Assembly (NCBI GenBank): GCA_963691875.1
Contig: OY829846.1
Location: 2,624,001 to 2,688,000, forward strand
Direction of reading: 5' to 3'
Length of the DNA stretch: 64,000 bases
Source: Aureliella sp.
GTDB lineage: Bacteria; Planctomycetota; Planctomycetia; Pirellulales; Pirellulaceae
Every line of letters begins with the position of its first letter. Position 1 is the stretch's first letter. Shown piece after piece: positions 48,157 to 58,860 of the stretch. The position numbers and the translations under genes are program-made. The notes beneath the pieces are model-generated. The model worked only from the letters and a program-made list of their open reading frames with translations, was not told the origin of the DNA and did not search any database.

Positions 48157-48501
48157 TCAGGTAGACGGACTTTGTGAACCAAGAATCAATTCCTTCGCGC
48201 GACCGATAGGAATCCTAAGACGTTGTTCGCTGGATGGCACCAATGTTCCATCCTCTTTGGTAACCATGACTTCCACCGTCTCTTGACGATAACCGTCCAA
48301 ACGCGCCTTTTGTTCACTGATTACGTCGTCGGCGGCCACATAATGTATTCCCTCAGTTTTTCGCTGCTCTTCGCCTTCGACGAAAGCGTAGCAAAGGGCT
48401 CGAACCCCGAGGATCGTGACTACCAGGACGATACAGCTCAGGAACGTCGCATAAGCGATGGTGCCCGTGTACAGGTCGTCGTATCTATTGATATTCGCCA
48501 T
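48157..48501 (-). CDS. Small single-TM protein in the ActG position
   Basis: One TM helix and C-terminal RIPIGRAKELI, lying between actF and sco. Confidence 0.6.
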   Translation of the reverse strand: MANINRYDDLYTGTIAYATFLSCIVLVVTILGVRALCYAFVEGEEQRKTEGIHYVAADDVISEQKARLDGYRQETVEVMVTKEDGTLVPSSEQRLRIPIGRAKELILGSQSPST

Positions 48502-48548
48502 AGTTCTGCTCGCGAACTTGTGATTCCAGTTCAGTGTGTTCTTTTACC

Positions 48549-49799
48549 TTAGGGACCAACTTCGTAAGCCAGTGCCTCTGGCAACCATGGATCTTTTACT
48601 GCCACAAGCGGAGTATCGCCAACTCGCATCAGCACTAAGGACAGGAAGATGCAGAGCATGCCGACGCCGCAAACCAGATTCCCAGCTAGCATCACCCAGC
48701 TAAAAGGGTTTACTGCATGGTCCAGTGTTGGGAACGGCATGATCAAAAAAGTCATATCCAGCCAATGTACAAACAAAATGAATCCTGCCCAGAAAGCCAT
48801 CACCGACTTGCGTCTTCGAATGTGCCGCGACATGGTTCCGAGGAATGGAATTGCAAAGTGGAAAGCAATCAACACCAGGCCAAGATAAAACCAGCCGCCC
48901 TCGCTGCGGTGCAAGTACCAAGTCGTTTCCTCAGGAATGTTGCCATACCAGTAAAGCAGGAACTGCGAGAATGCGATATAAGCCCAGAACACGATGAATC
49001 CAAACTGAAACTTGGACATATCTTGGAAGTGCTCAGTGTTAACCATCTTTTCGATTCGCCCTTCGCGCTGCAACAAGAAGCAGCTGAGGATCATCATGGC
49101 AAAGAAACTGAGCATGCTGGCAGCGAACAAGTAAACACCGTAGATCGTGCTAAACCAAGCAGGGTCCGTCGACATCATGATGTCGAAAGCGCCGAAATTC
49201 ACCGAGAGAGCAAATAGCATGATGAGCGGTCCTGCAAACTTCTGCAGCTTCAATGTGATTTCCGAATCACCCGTCTCATCTTGTTGACGACTCAAGTTGA
49301 AGTAGAACCGTGCCGCGAAAATCCATACTGCAAAGTAGACAGCCACACGGATTGTGAACCAAAGTGGATTCAAAAAATCCAACTTCGCTTCCACAAGCGG
49401 ACCTAGGTCTTTGCCTTTGCCGAGTGCCCAGGGATAAATCCAATCGTTGCCAGAGCAAGCAGCGATCAAGATCGGGATGAACAGCAAGGCCCACCATGGC
49501 AGCGTGAAAGCCAGGAGCTCGGCGATGCGTCGGATCGATGCGCTCCAAGATGCCCGAACCAAGTGCTGCACCATGACGAAGAACAACGCGCCCAGGCAAA
49601 TACTCATGCAGAACATATAGTTCCCCAAGTAAGAATGGCAGAAGATCTGCCACCCTTTCTTGAAGCCATCACCGGAGAACATGCAAATTCCGGCTGCAAG
49701 CATGATGCAGACGAGACCAGCGATCATAAACACGCTGGAAAAGCCTCGCCAACTGGCAGGTAGATTTAAGTTGTCGTTGGGAATGTTGGCTGCCATCAA
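48549..49799 (-). CDS. actF: Alternative complex III subunit ActF
   Basis: About 10 TM helices; GALFFVMVQHLVRASW...RRIAE, DIMMSTDPAWFSTIYG, FWAYIAFSQFLLYWYGNIPEE. Confidence 0.9.
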   Translation of the reverse strand: MMAANIPNDNLNLPASWRGFSSVFMIAGLVCIMLAAGICMFSGDGFKKGWQIFCHSYLGNYMFCMSICLGALFFVMVQHLVRASWSASIRRIAELLAFTLPWWALLFIPILIAACSGNDWIYPWALGKGKDLGPLVEAKLDFLNPLWFTIRVAVYFAVWIFAARFYFNLSRQQDETGDSEITLKLQKFAGPLIMLFALSVNFGAFDIMMSTDPAWFSTIYGVYLFAASMLSFFAMMILSCFLLQREGRIEKMVNTEHFQDMSKFQFGFIVFWAYIAFSQFLLYWYGNIPEETTWYLHRSEGGWFYLGLVLIAFHFAIPFLGTMSRHIRRRKSVMAFWAGFILFVHWLDMTFLIMPFPTLDHAVNPFSWVMLAGNLVCGVGMLCIFLSLVLMRVGDTPLVAVKDPWLPEALAYEVGP

Positions 49800-49858
49800 T
49801 CGTTGCCTGGTTTACTTAGGAAACGCGTTCCGGTGTGTGAAATGTATAGTTCTAAGGA

Positions 49859-51451
49859 TTAGCTGTCTGAACCACTGCCGACGGGCTCAGCTGCAGACTC
49901 TTTCGCTGCGCCATCACCAGCTTCCTTTGAGGGTGCTTCAGGAACCACTACTTTTGGATCTTGGGCTTCCGGCCTGATTACTTCTGTTTCAGCTGCCGAC
50001 GTTTCTGCTTCAGGCTTAGCTGATTCTGACGCAGGAGCAGGGGCTTCAGACTCAACCGGCGTGGAAGCTTCCGGTGCCTTGGGCTCCGCTTCGGGCTGGC
50101 CAACCTTTGCCGGAGCCGTCTCCGCCGGTGGGGTGACCACTTTGACGCTAACACCCTCCGGCACGTCTGCCTCAGCGGCATTCTGACTACGCTGCAAAGC
50201 CTTGACGTAAAGGACAACTGCCCAGCGTTCTTCGAAGTTCAACGATGGTCCATAACCGCCCATCTTGCCTTTCCCATTGACCACTGTGTGGTACAGCTGT
50301 CCAACCGGTTGAGCCGCGACCTTGGAGTCATGCAAACTAGTCGGGGGTAACCAGTAACCTTGAGCCAAATTGGACGCACGCTGTGCTACCAAACCATCGC
50401 CGTAACCGCTGAACCCATGACAGACTGCACAGTTTTGCTCGAACTTGGCTTTACCTATTTCGAACATCTCGTCGCTGACAACGCCCTCAGGAAATTCTTC
50501 CAACCACTTCCGCTGCGGTTCAGCGTCGGTCGCTGCAGCAGGCTGGTCACCCTCCTGTAAGCTAACCAAACGGGTAGTGCTTTCTAAGACATTGGCACTC
50601 ACAGCGTCTGGATCGTACCCAAGATAGTAGGGATCTGCGTTGTCAAGCTCGCCATGAGCAACTGTTCCGGGCACTGGCGGCTGCTGCACTCGGTTGTTCT
50701 CAAAGATAGCAGTAGGTGTTTGAGTCTTCCGTTTTGGCTGATAGTCCATGTCAAAGAAGACATGCAAGCGACTGCCGCCGCTCTTCGAGTTTCGCATGTT
50801 TAACACGACCATCAATGGAATCAGCGATGCCGCAATTCCCGTCAGAATCGTAATTATCAGCTTGCGAGGAACAATGTCGGATGAATGATCGTCCTTCACC
50901 TCGTCGACTTCGATTGCCCCGGTCTCCGCCAGCAACTCCCGAACCTTCTCGGAGTTGAAGTATTTGTCTGCTGCGTCGATCCACAAGAAGAACCGATCAT
51001 CGGTCGCGCGATCAAATCTCGGGTTAGTGAAGACAGGGTTGCTCCACTTGGGCAATCCGTTCAGGCCAAGCATCGCGAATACAGTGGTGAAGGCCGCGAA
51101 CAGAACCGTCAACTCAAACGCAACAGGAATGAACGCTGGCCAACTAGCAAATGGCTTGCCGGAGATGATGTACGGATAGTCAACCGCATTGAAGAAATAC
51201 TGCATGGTCAACGCAGTACAAGTACCCAAAGCACCGGCGCAAAGGGAAAACCAAGGCAGGACCGTCGGCTTGATCCCCAATGCCTGATCGATGCCGTGCA
51301 CCGGAAACGGCAGGAAAGCATCGGTCTTCGTGTAGCCAGAGTCACGAACCTTGCGGCAAGCTTCCATCAGCTTATGCTCGCAATCGTACTCTGCCATCCA
51401 ACCGTGAGACTGGGGCTCAGAAGGCTTCTTTTCTGGTTTAGGATCGCTCAT
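49859..51451 (-). CDS. Alternative complex III ActD-ActE fusion (DUF3341 + monoheme cytochrome c)
   Basis: N-terminal PFPVHGID...GKPFASWPAFIPVAFELTVL (ActD); DMDYQPK, VPGTVAHG, CAVCH...GKM (ActE); Pro/Ala/Glu-rich tail. Confidence 0.88.
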   Translation of the reverse strand: MSDPKPEKKPSEPQSHGWMAEYDCEHKLMEACRKVRDSGYTKTDAFLPFPVHGIDQALGIKPTVLPWFSLCAGALGTCTALTMQYFFNAVDYPYIISGKPFASWPAFIPVAFELTVLFAAFTTVFAMLGLNGLPKWSNPVFTNPRFDRATDDRFFLWIDAADKYFNSEKVRELLAETGAIEVDEVKDDHSSDIVPRKLIITILTGIAASLIPLMVVLNMRNSKSGGSRLHVFFDMDYQPKRKTQTPTAIFENNRVQQPPVPGTVAHGELDNADPYYLGYDPDAVSANVLESTTRLVSLQEGDQPAAATDAEPQRKWLEEFPEGVVSDEMFEIGKAKFEQNCAVCHGFSGYGDGLVAQRASNLAQGYWLPPTSLHDSKVAAQPVGQLYHTVVNGKGKMGGYGPSLNFEERWAVVLYVKALQRSQNAAEADVPEGVSVKVVTPPAETAPAKVGQPEAEPKAPEASTPVESEAPAPASESAKPEAETSAAETEVIRPEAQDPKVVVPEAPSKEAGDGAAKESAAEPVGSGSDS

Positions 51452-51542
51452 CTGCGGATCAACCTAAATATTTCAATCAATATTAATTGAGTTTTTATCT
51501 TGTACGCTCGTCAAACACCGGCCAATAACCAGCGTCTGAACG

Positions 51543-52967
51543 CTAATGTTCCACTGCGTGCCCGTGAGCATGACGATGCTCCGCATGAGCATGCTGGCTC
51601 ATAGTCCACTTCACTTCACTGATTGCAATTACCGGCAAGAAGCGGCAGAACAAGCAGAATAGAGTCGTAAACAAGCCAAAGCTGCCGATCAACATGAGGA
51701 TGTCGACCCAGGTCGGAGAGAAATACCCCCAACTCGACGGCAGAAAGTCACGCGCCAAGGAAGTCACCGTAATCACGAATCGCTCGAACCACATTCCGAT
51801 GTTCACGAATATGGTCACAATCCACATGAGGACCGTGTTTCTACGGAAGACCTTGAACCAGAACAGTTGCGGCGAGATCACATTGCAAGTGAACATGATC
51901 CAATAAGCCCACCAGTAAGGGCCAAAGGCCCGGAACACAAAGGTGTCGTATTCGTATTTATTCTGGCTATACCAAGCCATGAAGAATTCGGTCGTGTACG
52001 CCAGCCCAACCATGGATCCGGTCGCCAAAATAATCTTGCACATATTATCCAAGTGACGTGGAGTAATAATGTGCTGCAACCCGTAAATGACTCGTACCGG
52101 AATCAACAGTGTGAGCACCATACCGAAGCCGGAGAAGATTGCACCAGCGACGAAGTAAGGGGGGAAGATGGTCGTGTGCCAACCGGGTAGCTGAGATACC
52201 GCAAAGTCAAAACTAACCACAGTGTGCACAGAAAGAACCAGGGGCGTCGCAAGAGCGGCTAAAATCCCGTAAGCCTTTTCGTACCGCATCCAGTGTCGAG
52301 CTGACCCACACCACCCCAAGCAAAGGATGCCGTAGATCATGCGGCGCCATTTAGATCTGGAGCGATCCCGGAAGGTCGCAAGGTCAGGAATCATCCCCAT
52401 GTACCAGAAAACCAAGGAAACCGACGCGTAGGTACCGACCGCGAAAACGTCCCAGAGAAGTGGAGACCGAAACTGCGGCCACATCCAAAGATTCAAACTT
52501 GGATAAGGAGTCAACCAGAAGGCGAGCCAAGCTCGACCAACGTGAATACCTGGGAAGGTTCCGGCACAAATAACCGCGAAGATCGTCATCGCTTCCGCGG
52601 CACGATTGATACCTGTTCGCCAGTCTTGGCGGAACAGAAACAAAATCGCAGAGATCAGCGTTCCGGCGTGACCAATACCAACCCAGAAAACGAAGTTGAC
52701 AATCGGCCAACCCCAGAAAACCGGTGACATATTTCCCCATACACCCACACCTGTCAGAAACAGGTAGCCGATCAATGACCCGAACATCATTAGCAATGGT
52801 ACTGCTATCAGGAAAGCGACCCACCAAATCATTGGCTGAGCTTCTTCACTGATTCGCGCAACCATATGAGTCACGGAAGAATAAGTCTGATCGCCCGTGA
52901 TCAATGGCGTACGCCTGCCCGGGGTGTCAAAGGTATTGTCAACTTCTGAAGCAGTTACACTTGCCAT
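51543..52967 (-). CDS. actC: Alternative complex III subunit ActC (NrfD/PsrC family)
   Basis: [77 protein letters not shown]. Confidence 0.93.
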   Translation of the reverse strand: MASVTASEVDNTFDTPGRRTPLITGDQTYSSVTHMVARISEEAQPMIWWVAFLIAVPLLMMFGSLIGYLFLTGVGVWGNMSPVFWGWPIVNFVFWVGIGHAGTLISAILFLFRQDWRTGINRAAEAMTIFAVICAGTFPGIHVGRAWLAFWLTPYPSLNLWMWPQFRSPLLWDVFAVGTYASVSLVFWYMGMIPDLATFRDRSRSKWRRMIYGILCLGWCGSARHWMRYEKAYGILAALATPLVLSVHTVVSFDFAVSQLPGWHTTIFPPYFVAGAIFSGFGMVLTLLIPVRVIYGLQHIITPRHLDNMCKIILATGSMVGLAYTTEFFMAWYSQNKYEYDTFVFRAFGPYWWAYWIMFTCNVISPQLFWFKVFRRNTVLMWIVTIFVNIGMWFERFVITVTSLARDFLPSSWGYFSPTWVDILMLIGSFGLFTTLFCLFCRFLPVIAISEVKWTMSQHAHAEHRHAHGHAVEH

Positions 52968-53045
52968 GAGGTTGCCAGTTTCCGATTTCAAATGTTCTTA
53001 AATATTGTTTTCTGTGACGATCCGAATGAAGCGGCAAACTAACGC

Positions 53046-56000
53046 CTAGTGAGCCGCTGGTTTCGCCTCGGCATGCCCCTCGTCAGCACCATGAGCACCA
53101 CCTTCGCTGTGATCACCCCCATGGCCTTCACCATGCCCGCTATGCCCATGACCAATATCTTCCAACTGATCATGCGTACGTAGACGTGGATGCGTATTTC
53201 GAATCCGTGCCAAGTAAGTCGTCCGAGGCTTGATATTCAACTCTCCAAGCATCTCGTAATTGCGAGGATCATTCTGAAGCTGCGAAACCTTTGAAGCCTT
53301 ATCCTTCTTGTCACCGAAGACGATAGCTTGAGCCGGGCAAGCCTCTTGGCAGGCAGACTTGATCTCGCCATCCTCAACTGGACGCCCCTCGGCTCTTGCA
53401 TGAATCTTACCGTTTTGCACACGCTGAACACAGTAAGTACACTTCTCCATCACACCGCGCCCTCGGACGGACACATCCGGGTTCAGCACCAACTGCTGCA
53501 ATCGGCGATTAGCTTCCTCGAGCTTGCCACGCTGCCCCCAACCGTAGAAGTAACCGTACTCAGTGTTGTAATTGAAGTAGTTAAACCGTCGCACCTTGTA
53601 CGGGCAATTGTTGGCACAGTAACGAGTACCAATGCAACGATTGTAAGCCATCGCGTTGATACCTTCCTCTGTGTGCACGGTTGCTGCAACCGGACAAACT
53701 TGCTCACAAGGAGCAGTCTCGCAGTGAGCACAGGCTACTGGCTGATTGACGATCTTTGGCGTCTCAACATCACCACGGAAATACCGGTCGACTCGAATCC
53801 AGTGCATCTCCCGACCGCGACTAACCTGCTCCTTACCGACAACCGGAATGTTGTTCTCCGCCTGGCAAGCAACCACACAGGAATTACAACCCGTGCACTT
53901 ATTCAGGTCGATGGTCATCGCCCAGCTGTAAGGGACAGTCGGATCGTCATCCAACGCCTCGATGGGCTCTTCCCATAACGACTTGAGTTCCGGGTGATGA
54001 GTACCCAAGGCCTCTACGTACTCACCATCAACTTTATCGACCGTGCCTTCACGACTCAGGATCGCAGCCCGCTCTTTGGTGATCTCAAGACCGTGATCTT
54101 CGATTGCGAAGTGATCCTGAGTGGTAGCCAACTTGTACGGCTTCGATGTAGCAAGAGCCTTAACCCCGACCAGAATATGACCGTTGCTCGGATCACGCAG
54201 CGCCGAAACGTTTGAACCAATACCAACCTGCTCGTTGCTATCCACAGCCTCATCGCGGCAGACCCTTCCATAGCCCAGATGCACTGTGATGGAACCAGCT
54301 GCCTGGCCAGGCATAACGAAAACAGGCAGCTCCACGTGCCGCTTCTCATCGACCATCAGCTTGACGGTCTCCGTCATACTTCGCTGGCCCTGCTTGAGCC
54401 CCAGCTTGTCAGCAGTCTTCGGCCCAACGATTGCCGCGTTATCCCAAACAATCTTCGTCATCGCCTGCGGAAGCTCTTGCATCCAGACGTTCTTTGCGAA
54501 GCGGCCGTCGTAAAGCGTGTCGCTCGGCGCGAACACAACCTCAAGCTCGCTCGACTCGAACTCGCCAGGAGTCACTTCGCCAGCCAAAGCGAGATTATCG
54601 ATCTCACCAACCGGCAAAGCGGTAGCAGAAACCCCCTTCATGAAACCATCATGCAACGTCTCACGCCAACTTCTCGAGCTAACGGCCGCACCAGCAACAA
54701 CGGAAGCTGTAGCCCTGACAATCTCCTCGCCGGGCAAAGCTTGCCCAAGAACCACGGAAAGCACCTCAATGACACTCTTCCCGTTCAAAAGCGGCAAGAT
54801 CTGAGGCTGTCCAACACCATAGCTCCCGTCAACACCGAGCACATCGCCCCAACTTTCAAGCTGGTGCGCCTGAGGCAAGACCCAACTACTCTTGCCCGCC
54901 GTCTCGTCAATAAACTCACCTACGTAAACGACATGATCTAGCTTCGCGAGCTGCTCACCGAGAGCGGTAGCGCCCGGTACCGAGTAGACAGGATTATCAC
55001 CGAGAATCCAGACATGATCCACCGCACCAGCCTCGAGCTTCCGCGACAGATCAACCAAAGAGCCAACCTCAACACCTAACGCAGAGCGACTCGGCATCAA
55101 CATGACTGTCTTGCCAAAATTACCGAGCTTTTTGTTCAACCGCAGTGCAGCAACCTGCACTTCGAGCGGCTGGTGCGAGCCCACCGACACGACCCCCGAA
55201 CCCTTGTGAGCCACAAGATCCTCGGCCATCGCGTCGACGAAACGATCAAGCTGCTCCTCAGCCGTGACCTTGTCGTACTCCTTCTCACCCTCAGAAGCAG
55301 CAGGGATTTGCGCACCGCCCAGAAACTCAGCAACACGCTTCTCCAGCTTAGCAACAAACGCACCAACCTGAGAGCTCTTGATTGCCATTCGAGAATCAGC
55401 CGCAGCACCCGTGACCGAATACCGAGACTCGACAGAGTACAAGCGATTCATCCTGCCCGGCTCTGGCGTACGCCCCTTCGCGAACTGACGCGAGTACAGG
55501 ACACTATTCGAATCATTGCCAAGCAGGTCACTGTCGAGCGCGCAGACGACCTTTGCAGCATCAAGCTTCAACAATAATTCCGCCGGCTCACCCGCCGCAC
55601 CTGCACAAGCCTTAGCCTGAGCCGAAGCATCAACAGCGGAATGCTGAACCAAAGTTGCCTTCGGGAACGCAGCAGCAGCCTCGGCAACCAACCGGTTCAC
55701 CGAAGGAGAGAGCGAAGGCGACATCACAATCGCCAGCCCTTCACCACCACTGGCCTTCAGCACCCCAACTTCCTTCCCGGAGTACTCAGCAAACGCCTCC
55801 CAAGACGAATCCTCCAGCTTTCCACCAACCCGCTTTTTTACTTGGCTATTGCGATCAGGATCGTACAGCCCAAGGACACAGCCCTGCGAAAAAACATCCG
55901 TGCCGGCACTGGCAAAACGCTTCTTGCCGCCGGACAGATCATTTGGCTCCGAGCCAACCATTAACGGATGCCCCGGGTTACCGTCGACCTTGATCGGGCG

Positions 56001-56381
56001 GCCATCAACATTACGAACCAATAGATGAACGGCCCGCCCAGCGAGCTCAAAATTCGTCGCGTACTTCTTCGCAACACCCGGGATCGTGTTCACCGGTCGG
56101 TTGACCATCGAAGCAATCTCACTTGGCCCATACCGGCAGCCTGCAGCAGAACCAAGAGCCAGAGACGCACCCATCAGCTTCAGCCAGCGCCTACGGGAAA
56201 CTCCATCCGGAAACTCAGATGCAGCCTGCGGAAACTCGCGATCCAAAAACTGCTCGAACTCAGGAGTGCCCTCCAGTTGCCCCAAGCTCCTCCAGTAACC
56301 GGAGCCCCCGACCGAGGGACCTTCCTGAACTACACCGGAAGATTGATCTATATCTGTAATTGGAAGCTGTTCTGACTTCAT
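53046..56381 (-). CDS. actB: Alternative complex III subunit ActB (molybdopterin-oxidoreductase-like + Fe-S domain)
   Basis: YWRSL...SRRRWLKLMGASLAL Tat-variant leader, DGRPIKVDGNP, CTGCNSCVVACQAENN, CAHCETAPCEQVCP, CIGTRYCANNCPY, EKCTYC. Confidence 0.93.
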   Translation of the reverse strand: MKSEQLPITDIDQSSGVVQEGPSVGGSGYWRSLGQLEGTPEFEQFLDREFPQAASEFPDGVSRRRWLKLMGASLALGSAAGCRYGPSEIASMVNRPVNTIPGVAKKYATNFELAGRAVHLLVRNVDGRPIKVDGNPGHPLMVGSEPNDLSGGKKRFASAGTDVFSQGCVLGLYDPDRNSQVKKRVGGKLEDSSWEAFAEYSGKEVGVLKASGGEGLAIVMSPSLSPSVNRLVAEAAAAFPKATLVQHSAVDASAQAKACAGAAGEPAELLLKLDAAKVVCALDSDLLGNDSNSVLYSRQFAKGRTPEPGRMNRLYSVESRYSVTGAAADSRMAIKSSQVGAFVAKLEKRVAEFLGGAQIPAASEGEKEYDKVTAEEQLDRFVDAMAEDLVAHKGSGVVSVGSHQPLEVQVAALRLNKKLGNFGKTVMLMPSRSALGVEVGSLVDLSRKLEAGAVDHVWILGDNPVYSVPGATALGEQLAKLDHVVYVGEFIDETAGKSSWVLPQAHQLESWGDVLGVDGSYGVGQPQILPLLNGKSVIEVLSVVLGQALPGEEIVRATASVVAGAAVSSRSWRETLHDGFMKGVSATALPVGEIDNLALAGEVTPGEFESSELEVVFAPSDTLYDGRFAKNVWMQELPQAMTKIVWDNAAIVGPKTADKLGLKQGQRSMTETVKLMVDEKRHVELPVFVMPGQAAGSITVHLGYGRVCRDEAVDSNEQVGIGSNVSALRDPSNGHILVGVKALATSKPYKLATTQDHFAIEDHGLEITKERAAILSREGTVDKVDGEYVEALGTHHPELKSLWEEPIEALDDDPTVPYSWAMTIDLNKCTGCNSCVVACQAENNIPVVGKEQVSRGREMHWIRVDRYFRGDVETPKIVNQPVACAHCETAPCEQVCPVAATVHTEEGINAMAYNRCIGTRYCANNCPYKVRRFNYFNYNTEYGYFYGWGQRGKLEEANRRLQQLVLNPDVSVRGRGVMEKCTYCVQRVQNGKIHARAEGRPVEDGEIKSACQEACPAQAIVFGDKKDKASKVSQLQNDPRNYEMLGELNIKPRTTYLARIRNTHPRLRTHDQLEDIGHGHSGHGEGHGGDHSEGGAHGADEGHAEAKPAAH

Positions 56382-56466
56382 CTCTGTATTGCCTAACTAC
56401 CGTTTCGCTAGTTCGGTTCTTCCGATCAGGAATCGATGGACACGTCACCACCAACAGAATCGGATC

Positions 56467-57156
56467 CTACCGATGGCAAACCGCACAGTTCGCCCGGGGG
56501 TGAATATTGTTCTCTTTGATCAGGGCCTCACCGATTTCACGGCGAGTCTGCCCATCCTCTGGCTCCCAATCGAGCTTAGTAATCAGCTCGCGAGGACGAA
56601 TATGCTCGGCAGGGTCGTTATGACACTCGATACACCAAGCCATTGACAACTCTTTCGCCTGATAAACCTTCTCCATCGTATCGATGCGACCGTGACAACT
56701 CACGCAACTAACACCACGGGTCACGTGTGCGGAGTGATTGAAGTAGACATAATCCGGTAACCGGTGGATGCGAACCCATGGAACCGACTGATCAGTATCC
56801 CAGCTCTCATGCACCGCACGAAGCTTTTCACTCCCAGGGTGTACCGCAGAGAGCTCCGTCGCACCATCCTCACCGATTGGAGAATGACAGTTGATGCAAG
56901 TTGCCGTTGGGGGGACAGAAGCATGCGCTGACTTCTCCACATTCACGTGGCAGTAGCGACAGTCCATCTTCAGCTCACCCGCATGAATCTTGTGACTGAA
57001 GGGTACTGGCTGAGTCGGCTGATAGCCTGGATTGAGCGTTACGTCATCAGTGGCGCCCATAAACATCGCGCCAGCGTACCCGCCGCCACCGATAGCAAAG
57101 AGCCCAGCGAGGGCGACAAACTTATTGATCCAGCGAGGAAATAAGAATCGATTCAT
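56467..57156 (-). CDS. actA: Alternative complex III pentaheme cytochrome c ActA
   Basis: One N-terminal TM helix, QPVPFSHKIH, five CxxCH motifs (CRYCH, CINCH, CVSCH, CIECH, CAVCH). Probable start MNRFLFP at 57156. Confidence 0.93.
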   Translation of the reverse strand: MNRFLFPRWINKFVALAGLFAIGGGGYAGAMFMGATDDVTLNPGYQPTQPVPFSHKIHAGELKMDCRYCHVNVEKSAHASVPPTATCINCHSPIGEDGATELSAVHPGSEKLRAVHESWDTDQSVPWVRIHRLPDYVYFNHSAHVTRGVSCVSCHGRIDTMEKVYQAKELSMAWCIECHNDPAEHIRPRELITKLDWEPEDGQTRREIGEALIKENNIHPRANCAVCHR

Positions 57157-57364
57157 GATTCTGCGTGCTACCTGTGCAGATTGCCGATGTGGAGCCTCGA
57201 CCGAAACAAGACCCAACCCGAATCAAATGATAAGTTCGTTGACTACAGAGACCGGATTTTTGCCAAACATGGTGCAGACCGGCCCCGAAATAGAACCCGA
57301 TCAGTATCGCTCTTATATCTGCGGTTGTTAAGGCCAGGATAACGCCTTTCTAAGCGCACTTTAC

Positions 57365-57379
57365 GTGACAAATGGTCGC
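57365..57379. promoter_or_regulatory. Candidate RegA/RegR-type box upstream of actA
   Basis: GTGAC-AAATG-GTCGC, an imperfect palindrome with a 5-nt spacer resembling GCGGC-N5-GTCGC. Confidence 0.3.
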
Positions 57380-57836
57380 ACAAGGATTCCTCCAACGTTG
57401 CGGCACCATACGCCCCCTTAACCCGAACCGAGCATGAAAGATCACCCCGTAAGCTCCAGTGGCAAGTCCTTCTGCATGGGCGGACTGGGTAAAGTGCGTT
57501 CACGTGTCCGTCTCCCCGGGTTTCACTGGCAACGCGGGTTGCGCCTAACCGATGGATTAGGAATGCAGTTTTATGCGTGGATGACAAATCAGTTCGCTCC
57601 TCGGCATGTTGCACTTCCCAAAGGTGTCCCTGCGCAACTCTGCCGACTCGGTAAACTGTGAGAGCGGGTGGAGTTGAGTCCTAGTGGGTTGCCGACTCTC
57701 CTTTCTCACTGGCTGCGAGCCTTTCCACTACAGATGCTGTCCAGGATCAATCGCCCTTGATATTGGCTATGGAACCACAACCACTTTCCTTCACAGGCGC
57801 CTCCCAGATGTGGTCTCTACCGCAGGAGTGAAAAAA

Positions 57837-58805
57837 ATGGCATCCGATTCACGACTTAAGGAACAACTCCCCAGCCTGACGGTTGCCATTGTCGACACCT
57901 ATACGGCAGACGACGAAATCAACCACCTAGGGCACTGCCCACTTCCGAAGTACGAAGTGATCGTCGAGATTTTGGCTGATCTCAAAGACATCCTATACCC
58001 TGGTTTTCGCCGTCGGGAAGGTTTGCACATTGGCAACGTGATGTATCACGTTGGAAATCTCATTGATGGTTTGCATGACAAGCTCACCACGCAGATCGGC
58101 CGGGCGCTCCTACATGATGACCGCATTCGCAATAGCCACAGCGACTGCGACAGCAAGGTGGATTATGACGCTAAGGGCCAAGCTATTGCCATACGTTTCC
58201 TCGAGCAAATCCCGCGACTAAGAGCGCTACTGGCGACTGATGTCGAGGCAGCCTTTGAAGGTGACCCAGCTGTAATCAGTCGTGATGAGATCATATTCTG
58301 CTATCCCGGCTTGGAAGCGATAACCGTTTATCGGCTTGCAAACGAACTGCTACGTCTCGGTGTGCCTTTCATCCCTCGGATGATGACGGAATGGGCACAC
58401 AAAGAGACTGGCATTGATATTCACCCAGGCGCGACGATCGGCGACTATTTCTTCATCGATCACGGAACAGGTGTCGTCATCGGTGAGACGGTTGAGCTTG
58501 GATCCCGAGTAAAAATCTACCAAGGTGTTACCCTAGGCGCCCTAAGCTTTCCTACCGATTCCGATGGTCAGTTAATTCGTGGACAAAAGCGACATCCAAC
58601 GATCGAGGATCGAGTCGTCATTTACGCCAATGCAACCATCCTTGGTGGCAAGACAGTGCTTGGGCACGACAGCGTCATTGGATCTTCCGTTTGGGTGACC
58701 AGCTCTGTTGCTCCTCATTCGACCGTCATCCTCGAAAAGCCAAACTTGCGAGTCCGAGGCGGTGTGCCTGACGAATTGAAGCCAGAAGCGAACTACCAGA
58801 TCTAG
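57837..58805 (+). CDS. cysE: Serine O-acetyltransferase (EpsC-type long N-terminus)
   Basis: [52 protein letters not shown] at 57837 after an AGGAG ribosome-binding site. Confidence 0.93.
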   Translation: MASDSRLKEQLPSLTVAIVDTYTADDEINHLGHCPLPKYEVIVEILADLKDILYPGFRRREGLHIGNVMYHVGNLIDGLHDKLTTQIGRALLHDDRIRNSHSDCDSKVDYDAKGQAIAIRFLEQIPRLRALLATDVEAAFEGDPAVISRDEIIFCYPGLEAITVYRLANELLRLGVPFIPRMMTEWAHKETGIDIHPGATIGDYFFIDHGTGVVIGETVELGSRVKIYQGVTLGALSFPTDSDGQLIRGQKRHPTIEDRVVIYANATILGGKTVLGHDSVIGSSVWVTSSVAPHSTVILEKPNLRVRGGVPDELKPEANYQI

Positions 58806-58860
58806 GGGCTCGCTGCGCAAGCTTTCTGACGCAGTTCAATTCAAAAATCGGAGAGGTGCA

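Noticed and set aside
57684..57836. Longer N-terminus for cysE
   Set aside because: The ATG at 57837 has a good ribosome-binding site; the upstream residues look non-coding.
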